DNA of 64,000 nucleotides. Source: Bacteroidota bacterium (GTDB lineage: Bacteria > Bacteroidota > Bacteroidia > Bacteroidales > F082). Under the pieces are notes generated by a model. It did not search any database and was not told where the DNA came from. It saw only the letters and a program-made list of their open reading frames with translations. Shown here piece after piece: positions 1-8,790 of this stretch (its first letter is position 1; every line of letters begins with the position of its first letter). A program made the position numbers and the translations under genes. The stretch spans positions 14,884 to 78,883 of the forward strand of contig WOUZ01000016.1 in NCBI GenBank assembly GCA_009773165.1, read 5' to 3'.

Positions 1-1
1 T

Positions 2-2617
2 TTACAATAAATTATGTTCGCGTAACAATACAATCGTTTTATTTAATTCTGCTTCCAGTTTTTTGGCTTTTGTGATGTCAATAAATGTGATTACAAGACC
101 GTCAATCCTGTCATCGTAAGTGCGGTATGGCATAATACGTACGGTAAACCAGCGCTGGTCGTTGGTGATAATTTCGGTTTCCTTAAACACAAGCATTCGT
201 AAAACTTCATGCGCATGATTGGCTATTTCCGGATACTTCAATTCGCTCACCATATCGGTAAAAGGCCTTCCGATATCGGTTTGCCGTAACTTGAACAACT
301 TTGTTGTTTCATCTGTAAAGCGGCGGATGTTTAATTCTTTATCCAGAAACAGAGTTGCAATATCAGTGCTGTTCAACAGATTTTTCATATCGTTGTTCGC
401 TACCATAAAATCGTTTATCTTACTTTGCAACTCAATATTAACTGTTTGCAGCTCTTCGTTCAGGCTTTGCATCTCTTCCTTTGATGTGGTTAGCTCTTCG
501 TTTGTTGATTGCAATTCCTCGTTGGTACTCTGCATTTCTTCGTTGGTTGATTTCAATTCTTCCTGTGTAGTTTGCATTTCTTCACGGGTACTATGCAGTT
601 CTTCATTGGCACGTTGCAACTCAAGTTCCAACTCTTTTTCACGAATAGTTGAGTTTTGACTTTTTTTATTTGCCTTACCTTTGGCTGATTGCGGAATATC
701 AGCAACATCGGCAAAAACAATTATGATGTTTCCTTTGATTGCTTCGGGTTTTTCAATCTGTTGAAGCGTAATGTCAACAATTTGAGTTCCTCCGTTTGAT
801 CCGATTTTCAGATGATGCAATTTTACAGGCTCTGAACTCTGCTTTGCTTTTCGTATTGCTCCCGGAAGTTCGGTCTTCAAACCTTCGCGTGCCATGGCAT
901 AAATGTTCATGTTTGCTTTACCTGCTGATGGTTCGAGATATTTACCGGTGCGGCCGGTAATGTATAAAATGTCGCCATCGGGGTTGATAAGTACACTGGC
1001 AGGTGCAAAACGCTGCAACAACAACTGGTCGGCAAGAGTTTGTATGTTATCGACTACTTTAACCGGTTTTATACTTTCGCTTATTTTTTTCATGGGACGC
1101 GTAAATGAACTTGGAAAATCAATTAATTCGGTATTTGAAACACTTACAGAGCGTCTGTAAATCTTCAGTTTGGCGTCTATAGCCGAAAAGATATTGTTTT
1201 GTGAGTTCTCGTTCTCGGCGCTTCCGAGCAACATCACACCACCAACACTAAGTGCATAGTGGAACAAATTCATAAGCTTTCTTTGCAATTCGTTTTCCAT
1301 GTAAATGAGTAAATTACGACAGAAAAGCAGATCCAGCTTTGTAAATGGCGGGTCTTTAATTACATTGTGAGGCGCAAATACCACCATTTCGCGTATGGCG
1401 GTATTTACGCGAAAACCGTTTTCATCTTTTACAAAAAACTGGCTGAGTCGCTCAGGAGAAACATCGGCAACAATATTGCTGCTGAAAATTCCTTTTCTTC
1501 CCTGTTCAATGGCATCGTTGTCGATATCAGTAGCAAATATCTGAAGTGTGAAATTCTTGTCCTTTTTTACTTTTTCATAGGTTTCTTTAAAAACAATTGC
1601 TAGGGAATATGCTTCTTCACCGGTGGAACAACCTGTAATCCAGGCACGAAAAACATGTCCGCTGGGCGCTTCCTCCAACAAAGCCGGCAACACATTTTCT
1701 TTTAGTTTTTCCCACACAACAGCATCACGGAAAAAATTAGTTACGCCAATCAGCAACTCTTTAAAAAGTATTTCCAATTCTTTGGGATTTTCCTGTAAAA
1801 ACCTCACGTAATATGAAATCTTCCCGATCTGGTGCACATTCATCCGTCGTTCAATGCGTCTGAACAAGGTGTTCTTCTTATACAACGAAAAATCATGACC
1901 GGTTTGTGCCCGCAACAAAATCACAATTTTCTCCAAATTGCCTTTGCTTTTATCATCTATTTCGGTTTTCTGCACTATGGCAGGACTAAGTTTAAGAAAA
2001 GCAATCAGTTTTTGAGGCAGTTCATTTGCTGGAGCGAGAATATCCACAACCACCGCATTTACTGCACTATTTGGCATGCCGTCGAATTTAGCAGTTGCAG
2101 GGTCCTGCACCGCTACAATGCCGTTTTTTTCTTTAATTGCTTTCAGACCCAAACTTCCATCGCTACCCATGCCCGAAAGAATAATGCCGATACTGTTTTC
2201 ATGCTGGTCTGCAGCAAGCGAGCGGAAAAAATAATCTATCGGGAGTCTTAAACCACGCAATTCGATGGGTTCAAATAAAAACAAGTGACCGTTTAAAACA
2301 CTCATGCTTTTGTTGGGAGGTATCACATACACATGATTGGGCTTCACCTGCAGATTGTCGGTTGCCTGCAACACTTTCATCAGGGTTGCGCGTTGCAAGA
2401 GTTCAGGCATTATACCAATGTGGTTGGGGTCGAGATGTTGAATAACCACATAGGCCAATCCGCTGTTTTCAGGCACATTTCCAAAAAACTGTTCCAATGC
2501 CTCTAATCCGCCTGCTGAGGCACCAATACCAACAATTCGTAAACCAACTTTGTTTGAAACTTTCCGTTCCGCTGGTTTTGAAACTGGATCTTCATTTACA
2601 GAAGTTGATTTTTTCAT
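2..2617 (-). CDS. CheB-methylesterase / CheR-methyltransferase fusion protein with heptad coiled coil and C-terminal PAS-like domain
   Basis: 871-aa ORF with stop TAA at 2-4. N-terminal CheB-like region (VGIGASAGGLEALEQFF, SGMGSDGS). Central CheR-like SAM-MTase region (AWITGCSTGEEAYSLAI, LLFCRNLLIYM). Then EELQSTNEE heptad coiled coil and a PAS-like C-terminus. Confidence 0.9.
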   Translation of the reverse strand: MKKSTSVNEDPVSKPAERKVSNKVGLRIVGIGASAGGLEALEQFFGNVPENSGLAYVVIQHLDPNHIGIMPELLQRATLMKVLQATDNLQVKPNHVYVIPPNKSMSVLNGHLFLFEPIELRGLRLPIDYFFRSLAADQHENSIGIILSGMGSDGSLGLKAIKEKNGIVAVQDPATAKFDGMPNSAVNAVVVDILAPANELPQKLIAFLKLSPAIVQKTEIDDKSKGNLEKIVILLRAQTGHDFSLYKKNTLFRRIERRMNVHQIGKISYYVRFLQENPKELEILFKELLIGVTNFFRDAVVWEKLKENVLPALLEEAPSGHVFRAWITGCSTGEEAYSLAIVFKETYEKVKKDKNFTLQIFATDIDNDAIEQGRKGIFSSNIVADVSPERLSQFFVKDENGFRVNTAIREMVVFAPHNVIKDPPFTKLDLLFCRNLLIYMENELQRKLMNLFHYALSVGGVMLLGSAENENSQNNIFSAIDAKLKIYRRSVSVSNTELIDFPSSFTRPMKKISESIKPVKVVDNIQTLADQLLLQRFAPASVLINPDGDILYITGRTGKYLEPSAGKANMNIYAMAREGLKTELPGAIRKAKQSSEPVKLHHLKIGSNGGTQIVDITLQQIEKPEAIKGNIIIVFADVADIPQSAKGKANKKSQNSTIREKELELELQRANEELHSTREEMQTTQEELKSTNEEMQSTNEELQSTNEELTTSKEEMQSLNEELQTVNIELQSKINDFMVANNDMKNLLNSTDIATLFLDKELNIRRFTDETTKLFKLRQTDIGRPFTDMVSELKYPEIANHAHEVLRMLVFKETEIITNDQRWFTVRIMPYRTYDDRIDGLVITFIDITKAKKLEAELNKTIVLLREHNLL

Positions 2618-2651
2618 GTTTACAACTAATTTACCTTTGATTTTCTTGTCT

Positions 2652-2659
2652 CAAAGATA
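2652..2659 (-). promoter_or_regulatory. Bacteroidota-type -7 box (TAnnTTTG)
   Basis: Reverse strand reads TATCTTTG about 35 nt upstream of the ATG at 2617. Confidence 0.4.
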
Positions 2660-3058
2660 GGGTTTTTGAAGACTGAATCCAACTCCTTTTTAAGCGTTCC
2701 AAACTAGCATTTATTTGCTTTTTTATTCAAAATCATGAAATGTGTTTTGAATCAATTTTTTGAGAATTTAGGCTGTATTGCACGCTTCATAAAATAGAGT
2801 TAACACTTCAAATTTAAATGCTTTTATAGCGTTCCCGACATGACAACTCAAATTTTTATCCATTCAACTGGATTTGTAATCTTAGATAGAATTAACCTGC
2901 TACCAGTCTTTAAAATAACTCTAATTCGTGTTGTATTCTAATAAATTTAAGGCGAAAAAGTGATGTAATTTATGCGTGGATTTTCTTGTAGTTACTCTCG
3001 CTTTGAGTTTGGCCTCGTCCCCAAATAATTGCCACCAAGCTCCCCTGAATACAGAAGT

Positions 3059-4108
3059 TCAAAGAGTTTTTGCTTCGAGAAATGGAGTCAGAAACGCCAT
3101 GACATTACCTGCCAAAAAATCAATATTATACCCTCCCTCCATAAGGATCAGTTTTGGAAGAGGTAGTTCATCGATAAGGTATTGAGCGAGCTTGCAGTAA
3201 ATTGCTGATGTCAGCTTAAAGTTGCCAATCTGATCATGCTCAGATGTATCAACGCCCAAAGAAATGACTAGGTAGCTGCACCCAAATGCTTTTAAGGTGC
3301 TCACAGCCTTTTGGAAGACCTTGAAATAGGCTTCATCGTTTATGCCCGGTGGAAGCGCAAAATTGACATTCTTTTCTGTATTTTCCGATTCAAAGCCGGT
3401 AAGGTAGGGATAGGAGTAATCCGGATCACCATGGATTGAAACAAGCAGGATGTTTTCGAGGTGTTGTACAATATCCTGTGTGCCATTGCCATGATGGAAA
3501 TCAATATCCAGAATACCTACTTTAACATCACCGTCTGCCTCTGGCCTGCCCTGGTCTTGCAGGAATTTCGCTGCAAGGGCGGCATTATTAACAAAACAAT
3601 AACCTCCGGCATAATCGAAACCTGCGTGATGCCCCGGCGGACGACAGATCGAAAAGGCGCTTGACCTTCCATTCAGAAGGTACTTTGCTCCTGTTAAGGC
3701 AGTGAAGCCTGAATACTTCACCGCCTCCCAGGTGCCTTTTACGATCATCGTGCAGCTGTCGGTCATGTAATACCCTGCCTTTCCCTCCGGACTTTTCGAA
3801 GGAGGCCGGTTTCGCATATGGCCAAGGGCGAAAAACTCAGGCATGATGCCTTCTGACCATAAGCCTGCAGCAACCCACTCATCATAAGCAGTTTGCAGAT
3901 AGACAAGGTAATCGTTACCATGAATTTTATAAAAATGACTCAGATCGAACTGTTCAACTCTTGTTAGTTCCACATCAGGGTGATCCATGAGCGCCTCCAG
4001 GATTATTTCAGCCCTTTCGGGAGATTCCCCATAGGCTTCGATATGGTTCGAAATAAATTCCTTTGGCGGATTATGAAGTATGTGATGCGGAGAGTGGACA
4101 ACAATCAT
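3059..4108 (-). CDS. histone deacetylase-family protein (HDAC / acetylpolyamine amidohydrolase-like)
   Basis: 349-aa ORF with HDAC-fold motifs CRPPGHHAG, DIDFHHGNGTQ and MEGGYN. Starts 14 nt downstream of the 4123-5616 gene on the same strand. Confidence 0.9.
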   Translation of the reverse strand: MIVVHSPHHILHNPPKEFISNHIEAYGESPERAEIILEALMDHPDVELTRVEQFDLSHFYKIHGNDYLVYLQTAYDEWVAAGLWSEGIMPEFFALGHMRNRPPSKSPEGKAGYYMTDSCTMIVKGTWEAVKYSGFTALTGAKYLLNGRSSAFSICRPPGHHAGFDYAGGYCFVNNAALAAKFLQDQGRPEADGDVKVGILDIDFHHGNGTQDIVQHLENILLVSIHGDPDYSYPYLTGFESENTEKNVNFALPPGINDEAYFKVFQKAVSTLKAFGCSYLVISLGVDTSEHDQIGNFKLTSAIYCKLAQYLIDELPLPKLILMEGGYNIDFLAGNVMAFLTPFLEAKTL

Positions 4109-4122
4109 AATTTTCGACGGTT

Positions 4123-5616
4123 TTAGTCGATTATATTTGGGTCAAGGGCTTTGATATAGGTCAGCAACTCTTTGGCTACATCACTAACCAGCAGTATCTT
4201 ATCGTAATCAAGGCTTACATTATTCAGGTATTGCAAAACCAATGCATCACCAATACTTGATTCGGGGAGTATTCCGGCAAAGAAGAATCCCATCTTTTCA
4301 AATTCTGCTGTTAACCAATAGGTCATGGGGTCTTGAAGCTTTAAAAACAGGTTAATGGAAGCAATATGCTGCACGCAGAAGCTCCGTAGTGTCTTGCGAA
4401 TTTGTTGCCTGACATCAGCTCCATACGATACGATAAATATTTCAGCACAACTTTCCAACTCATTCACACCCGAACTGATCGTTGAGACTGGGTTGTCAAA
4501 CTCCCGGGAAGCATGCTCAGGAACCATAAATTGATGCGTTGCGCCAAGGTTTTGATAAAGTTTATAAACCATCTCTTTATGATGTTCAGGCACAAACAAA
4601 TTATACGAAACAACCGGCATCATGTATTTGAAGCCAAGCGCAACGCTGATTCGCTGTGTTCCTTCACCTGAGATACCTTTAAATTTCCATGAACCCGGAC
4701 TGGTAGCCAGCAAGATACCGCAATCATTGATCTGGTATTTGATCATCGACTTTTGAGTAAAGATGTGGTTAGTAACAGCATAGGCATAGATGCCTCTAAG
4801 CTCCCGTTTTTTTGGCACGTTGAAAAGATAATCGACCAACCTGTTTAAAGCACCCTGTCCACGGTATTCTACATTCACAAAAACAAAGGTCAATTCAGCA
4901 ATTTTATCTTCATGGTATTGATAAAGAAGGGCAGCGTGACCCATAAAAACATTGTCTTTAGTCACTGCAACTGCCGATATCATTTCTGACGTCTGGTTCA
5001 TGTTTACCAGGCGTTCAGGATAATAAATATGATCGTCGAAAAAGGTATATCCATGAGTTTTATAGGCACAGCGTGAAACTTCGATGGCTTCAAACTCCTC
5101 AAGGCCCCTGACATCGTATGCAATCTTTTCAGTTATGATACCCGGTGTATTATCGCCTGTGATGGTTTCGGGCTCATTCATCTGATTGTTGGCGCCCGGA
5201 AGGTATTTGATCATGACAGTCTCTTTCCCCTGCGGTCCGAGGTTGCGAAACGAAAGGTCGTCCATCATCTTTTGGATAAGATAAATTCCCAATCCACTGG
5301 TCGACATATCATCTAGAGCCTTTGATATCTCGAATTTCTTGATATGTTCAGGATCAAAAGGGATACCCATTTCTTTTAAGGTGATTTTGATCCCTCCTGC
5401 AATCTTCTCGCAAATAATATCGAAAGTAGGATTCTCCTCATCATTGGCGTGAACCATTACATTAGATACCGATTCCTCGATGGCAATGTCAATTTGCTCA
5501 AGAGAATCACCCGTGAAGCCGATCATTTTTGCAATTTCCCTCACAAATGACTGAACGATAAACGAATAGTTCAGCTTGTTGGGAAAAGTCATTTTAATTG
5601 ATTCATTCAGTTGCAT
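4123..5616 (-). CDS. fusion protein: RsbW/SpoIIAB-type HATPase (anti-sigma kinase-like) N-domain + GNAT acetyltransferase + GNAT-like C-terminal domain
   Basis: 497-aa ORF. The N-terminal ~140 aa resemble anti-sigma Ser kinases (EQIDIAIEESVSNVMVHA ... SGLGIYLIQKMMDDLSF). Central GNAT core VNVEYRGQGALNRLVDYL. Confidence 0.8.
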   Translation of the reverse strand: MQLNESIKMTFPNKLNYSFIVQSFVREIAKMIGFTGDSLEQIDIAIEESVSNVMVHANDEENPTFDIICEKIAGGIKITLKEMGIPFDPEHIKKFEISKALDDMSTSGLGIYLIQKMMDDLSFRNLGPQGKETVMIKYLPGANNQMNEPETITGDNTPGIITEKIAYDVRGLEEFEAIEVSRCAYKTHGYTFFDDHIYYPERLVNMNQTSEMISAVAVTKDNVFMGHAALLYQYHEDKIAELTFVFVNVEYRGQGALNRLVDYLFNVPKKRELRGIYAYAVTNHIFTQKSMIKYQINDCGILLATSPGSWKFKGISGEGTQRISVALGFKYMMPVVSYNLFVPEHHKEMVYKLYQNLGATHQFMVPEHASREFDNPVSTISSGVNELESCAEIFIVSYGADVRQQIRKTLRSFCVQHIASINLFLKLQDPMTYWLTAEFEKMGFFFAGILPESSIGDALVLQYLNNVSLDYDKILLVSDVAKELLTYIKALDPNIID

Positions 5617-5983
5617 GGTTTGTGTTTTTAACGTTTGTTATTAACTGAAATATACCTGAAGCAGGTCAAGAAAACTCAAACAAATTTGAAGCTTTTTTTT
5701 TGATATATCTTGTATTTACAGGTTTATTTTTTGAAATAATTAACATACATCCATTTACAGAAAACCATATTTATCATTTCTTTTTTTGGATAATTGTCCT
5801 ATGTTATTATCGGATAAATGTCATTAAAAGAATACGTTGTTTTAGAACCACTACAACATAACACTTATCCTTATCAATTTCATTTTCATTAAGTTATGGA
5901 ATGAAGTTAGTAAAGCTATGCTTTTACTATAGCTTTAAATATTTTGAATCTTTCGTTGAATTATCGAAAGGATCAATTACAAT

Positions 5984-6463
5984 CTATAATGCAATGACAG
6001 AATCGAAACACCAAGGCGAGCAAATAGAACCTAATGCCTCGCTATTTATATCATTAAGATATTCAAGAACAACAGATAATCCCAAATCCTCAAAACTCTG
6101 GATAATATCTTTCAGACTTGCGTCTGCCGAAAATTTACCTGCTTTGTTATATTCATTTTTATCCGAAGAAATTGGACTGCTTTCAATAATGCTGTTATTC
6201 AATTTTTCGATAAGGTCCTCAATGGTCCGGCTAATCTCTTTAGCGACTTTTTCATCCGAATTCAGAATCGCTGCATTATCTTCAGCAATCATCGTTCTGA
6301 CCTCCGCTTCAGCTTGCTCATCATTAAGCAGTTTTAACATACCTTGCTGATCCTGATGTAGCTTCCTTTCTTCAAGAAAACTCAGCATCGGTCTGTCTTG
6401 TGCTATTAAAGCGCTCTGAAGCACATTGACAGCCAGCATATCATAGGCATTTCGCAGATTCAT
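5984..6463 (-). CDS. hypothetical acidic helical protein, module gene B copy 1, C-terminal ...EALGS-ICSPWCFDSVIAL tail
   Basis: 159-aa ORF with ATG at 6461-6463, preceded by AAGGAGGTGA 11 nt upstream. Stop TAG at 5984-5986. A paralog lies at 7532-8011. No family recognised. Confidence 0.7.
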   Translation of the reverse strand: MNLRNAYDMLAVNVLQSALIAQDRPMLSFLEERKLHQDQQGMLKLLNDEQAEAEVRTMIAEDNAAILNSDEKVAKEISRTIEDLIEKLNNSIIESSPISSDKNEYNKAGKFSADASLKDIIQSFEDLGLSVVLEYLNDINSEALGSICSPWCFDSVIAL

Positions 6464-7028
6464 TCTGACTCACCTCACCTCCTTGTTGTTCAAAAAAGGC
6501 TTCCATTTCAATCAAATTATTAACTAAAATTGATTCATAATTCTGAATACGACCTGCTGCATTTTGAACATTATTAAGATATTCGATGATTGGTAATTTC
6601 TCATCCGCATTCTGATTTTCAAGTGCCTGAAAAGCTGAAAGCAAATCGGCACGTGCGTAATTCAGGTAATCTCTATATTGCAAAAGCGAAGAAATCGTTT
6701 GAGGAAAAGCTTCATTATATGCTTTTTCATCACTTAAAAGTTCACTCACTTTATTTATGTCGACGGTATTTCGAAGGGATTTATAATATATAAAAGTGGT
6801 GTAGTTCTTGTATTGAGTCAATCGTAATGTATCTGTAATCAATTCATTACGCAACTTAATGTCGTTATCCGTAATCGAGACATTCCTCTTAGAATCCAGT
6901 CTGCCAATAGATCCTACAAGTTGCTCAGGTTGCGTAGAATTCATATTGAAACCAAACCCGATGAGAATACCAACAGCCAGCCCAAACAGGGTGTTCAAGC
7001 TAAACAAATTTGAAGTAGTGTTTTTCAT
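6441..7028 (-). CDS. hypothetical membrane-anchored helical protein, module gene A copy 1
   Basis: 195-aa ORF. N-terminal hydrophobic helix (LFSLNTLFGLAVGILIGFGF) followed by a helical-looking domain. Overlaps B1 by 23 nt in another frame. A paralog lies at 7989-8489. Confidence 0.75.
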   Translation of the reverse strand: MKNTTSNLFSLNTLFGLAVGILIGFGFNMNSTQPEQLVGSIGRLDSKRNVSITDNDIKLRNELITDTLRLTQYKNYTTFIYYKSLRNTVDINKVSELLSDEKAYNEAFPQTISSLLQYRDYLNYARADLLSAFQALENQNADEKLPIIEYLNNVQNAAGRIQNYESILVNNLIEMEAFFEQQGGEVSQNESAKCL

Positions 7029-7058
7029 AATAATTTGAACTTAAGTAATAGAATTAAG

Positions 7059-7103
7059 ATTGTTCCAATTAGCTAAAATACAGACAAAAAACTCAAAAGT
7101 TGG
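7059..7103 (-). promoter_or_regulatory. conserved 45-nt leader/promoter block, copy 1
   Basis: Plus strand reads ATTGTTCCAATTAGCTAAAATACAGACAAAAAACTCAAAAGTTGG. The same block recurs at 8521-8565 and, diverged, at 10177-10221. Each copy lies 30-31 nt upstream of a minus-strand ATG. Confidence 0.55.
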
Positions 7104-7348
7104 ATTTTCTGATCATATTATTTTTCAAAATTGAATTGCAATTTCTAACCTTCGATAATCTTGAATCTTAGTCAGACAGTGTAACCCGAAAAAGTTAATT
7201 AATCGTTCTTTCAAATCATGTCAAATTATTAGTTGCATGTTTTCAATGGCATTTATTCTTTTAACCTGATATCCATCTTTTAATTGATCCCTATAAATGA
7301 TAACTTGCTTTAAATCATTCTTTTACAAACAATCCACCCTTCAAGACA

Positions 7349-7450
7349 AAGTAACAACTGAGGCAAAAAAGTATAAAACTAGATGATCCAATATTATTTC
7401 TACTGAAGATCGTGCCAGGAATTATGTTTTTTTGGCCTGGGTTGAATTAA
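7349..7450 (+). pseudogene. decayed copy of the 5' end of the SCFA-transporter gene (compare 10465-10575)
   Basis: CAAGACAAAGTAACAACTGAGGCAAAAAAGTATAAAACT aligns to CAAGACAATGAAATCACTGAAGCAAAAAAGCATCAAAAT. The ATG has become AAG and is followed by TAA. The upstream ~290 bp also align with 10222-10464. Confidence 0.6.
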
Positions 7451-7531
7451 TATAGCTAATAGCCTACAAAAGAAGCTATTACTTACCAAGTGTTGTTGGC
7501 TGTTACATTATCGAAAGGATCAATTACCAAT

Positions 7532-8011
7532 CTATAATGCAACGACAGAATTTAAACACCAAGGCCAGCAAGTACCACCTAATGCCTCGTTGTTTATCGC
7601 ATTAAGTTCCTCAAAAACATTATAAACTCCCAAATCTTCGATACTTTTGATAATGTCTTTCAGGCTTGCGTCTGCCGAAAAATTTCCTGTTTTATTATAT
7701 TCATTTTTATCCAATGATACAGGGCTGCTTTCAATAATGCTGTTATTCAATTTTTCGATCAGGTCTGCAATGGTTTGGCTAATTTCTTTAGCGACTTTTT
7801 CATCCGGATTCAGAATCGCTGCATTATCTTCAGCAATCATCGCTTTGATCTCCGCTTCAGATTGCACATCATTAAGCAGTTTTAGCATGCCTTGCTGATC
7901 CTGATGCAGTTTCCTTTCTTCAAGAAAACTCAGCATCGGTCTGTCTTGTGCTATTAAAGCGCTCTGAAGCACATTGACAGCCAGCATATCATAGGCATTT
8001 CGCAGATTCAC
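7532..8011 (-). CDS. hypothetical acidic helical protein, module gene B copy 2, C-terminal ...EALGG-TCWPWCLNSVVAL tail
   Basis: Same length as B1 (480 nt) if started at GTG 8009-8011, which aligns with the B1 ATG. The first 48 residues are identical to B1. The longer ORF-track form (to 8113) has no counterpart in copy 1. Confidence 0.65.
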   Translation of the reverse strand: MNLRNAYDMLAVNVLQSALIAQDRPMLSFLEERKLHQDQQGMLKLLNDVQSEAEIKAMIAEDNAAILNPDEKVAKEISQTIADLIEKLNNSIIESSPVSLDKNEYNKTGNFSADASLKDIIKSIEDLGVYNVFEELNAINNEALGGTCWPWCLNSVVAL

Positions 8012-8489
8012 GACCTGCTGCATTTTGAACATTGTTGAGGTATTCGATGATTGGTAATTTTTCATCCGCGTTCTGATTTTCAAGTGCCTGAAAAGCTGAA
8101 AGCAAATCGGCACGTGCGTAATTCAGGTAATCTTTATATTGCAAAAGCGAAGAAATTGTTTGAGGAAAAGCTTGATTATATGCTTTTTCTTCACTTAATA
8201 GTTCACTCAATTTATCTATGTCAACACTGTTCCGGAGGGATTTATAATAAATAAAAGTAATATAATCCTTGTATTGATCCAATCGTAATGTATCTGTAAT
8301 CAATTCATTACGTAATTTAATATCGTTATCCGTAATGGAGACATTCCTCTTAGAATCCAGTCTGCCAATCGATCCTACAAGATACTCAGGTTGCGTAGAA
8401 TTCATATTGAAACCAAACCCGATGAGAATACCAAAAGCCAGCCCAAACAGGGTGTTCAAGCTAAACAAATTTGAAGTAGTGCTTTTCAT
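7989..8489 (-). CDS. hypothetical membrane-anchored helical protein, module gene A copy 2 (29-codon in-frame deletion relative to copy 1)
   Basis: 166-aa ORF, roughly 90% identical by eye to A1 over the shared part. Ends ...NAAGR|ESAKCL, where A1 has 29 extra residues. Confidence 0.75.
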   Translation of the reverse strand: MKSTTSNLFSLNTLFGLAFGILIGFGFNMNSTQPEYLVGSIGRLDSKRNVSITDNDIKLRNELITDTLRLDQYKDYITFIYYKSLRNSVDIDKLSELLSEEKAYNQAFPQTISSLLQYKDYLNYARADLLSAFQALENQNADEKLPIIEYLNNVQNAAGRESAKCL

Positions 8490-8520
8490 AATAAATTGAA
8501 ATTAGGAATGGTGAATTTAA

Positions 8521-8565
8521 ATTGTTCCAATTAGCTAATATACAGACAAAAAACTCAAAAGTTGG
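8521..8565 (-). promoter_or_regulatory. conserved 45-nt leader/promoter block, copy 2
   Basis: ATTGTTCCAATTAGCTAATATACAGACAAAAAACTCAAAAGTTGG, 31 nt upstream of the ATG at 8489. Confidence 0.55.
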
Positions 8566-8626
8566 GTTTTATGTTAATTTTATTTCACTGTTGTCTGGAG
8601 AAATCTTGAAAAGATATAATAGATTT

Positions 8627-8657
8627 TTCACTCCACTGCGTTACGTTCAGAATGACA
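8627..8657. repeat. short interspersed-repeat fragment (TTCACTCCACTGCGTTACGTTCAGAATGACA)
   Basis: Resembles the GTCATTCTGA(A/G)CG...-type small repeats that I recall as common in Bacteroidota intergenic DNA. Only one copy is present in this window. Confidence 0.3.
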
Positions 8658-8682
8658 ATGCTTTAGGATAACAGAGAGGGGG

Positions 8683-8790
8683 CTTGTTGGTGAAATCAAG
8701 GCTTTGGGACCTTTTAAGTTTCACCGTGCAAATAGTTCTGATTCTTCTCCTTGGGTATATGCTTGCCTTATCACAAGTTTTCTTCAGGTT
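8683..8790 (+). pseudogene. internal fragment copy of the SCFA-transporter gene (compare 10598-10705)
   Basis: GGGACCTTTTAAGTTTCACCGTGCAAATAGTTCTGATTCTTCTCCTTGGGTATATGCTTGCCTTATC aligns to GGGATCTTTTGAGTTTCACCATGCAGATGGTTCTGATTCTTCTGCTTGGGTACATGCTTGCATTATC. Confidence 0.65.

Larger units (their letters stand above)
5961..7507. repeat. tandem segmental duplication, unit 1 (genes B1 + A1 + leader + decayed transporter 5' end)
   Basis: Aligns by eye with 7508-~8800. Homology starts at TTATCGAAAGGATCAATTAC (5961 vs 7508). Confidence 0.85.

Noticed and set aside
219-659. 146-aa plus-strand ORF rich in Ser/Cys/Phe
   Set aside because: It is the antisense shadow of the heptad coiled-coil region of the CheB/CheR gene. 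Its low-complexity translation comes from the periodic repeat, and it has no independent support.
2976-3185. 69-aa plus-strand ORF at the 3' end of the HDAC gene
   Set aside because: It overlaps the HDAC CDS on the opposite strand, starts at a non-ATG codon in the ORF track, and has no features.
5901-6350. Plus-strand ORFs 5901-6350 and 7647-7898, antisense to module gene B
   Set aside because: They lie entirely inside the better-supported minus-strand genes. Their conservation between copies follows from the duplication itself. The composition is hydrophobic and low-complexity, typical of shadow ORFs.
7532-8113. Long 193-aa form of B2 with 34 extra N-terminal residues
   Set aside because: The extension has no counterpart in copy 1, where the same frame is closed by TGA two codons upstream of the ATG. 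It also overlaps A2 by 125 nt. The GTG at 8009-8011 aligns exactly with the B1 start.
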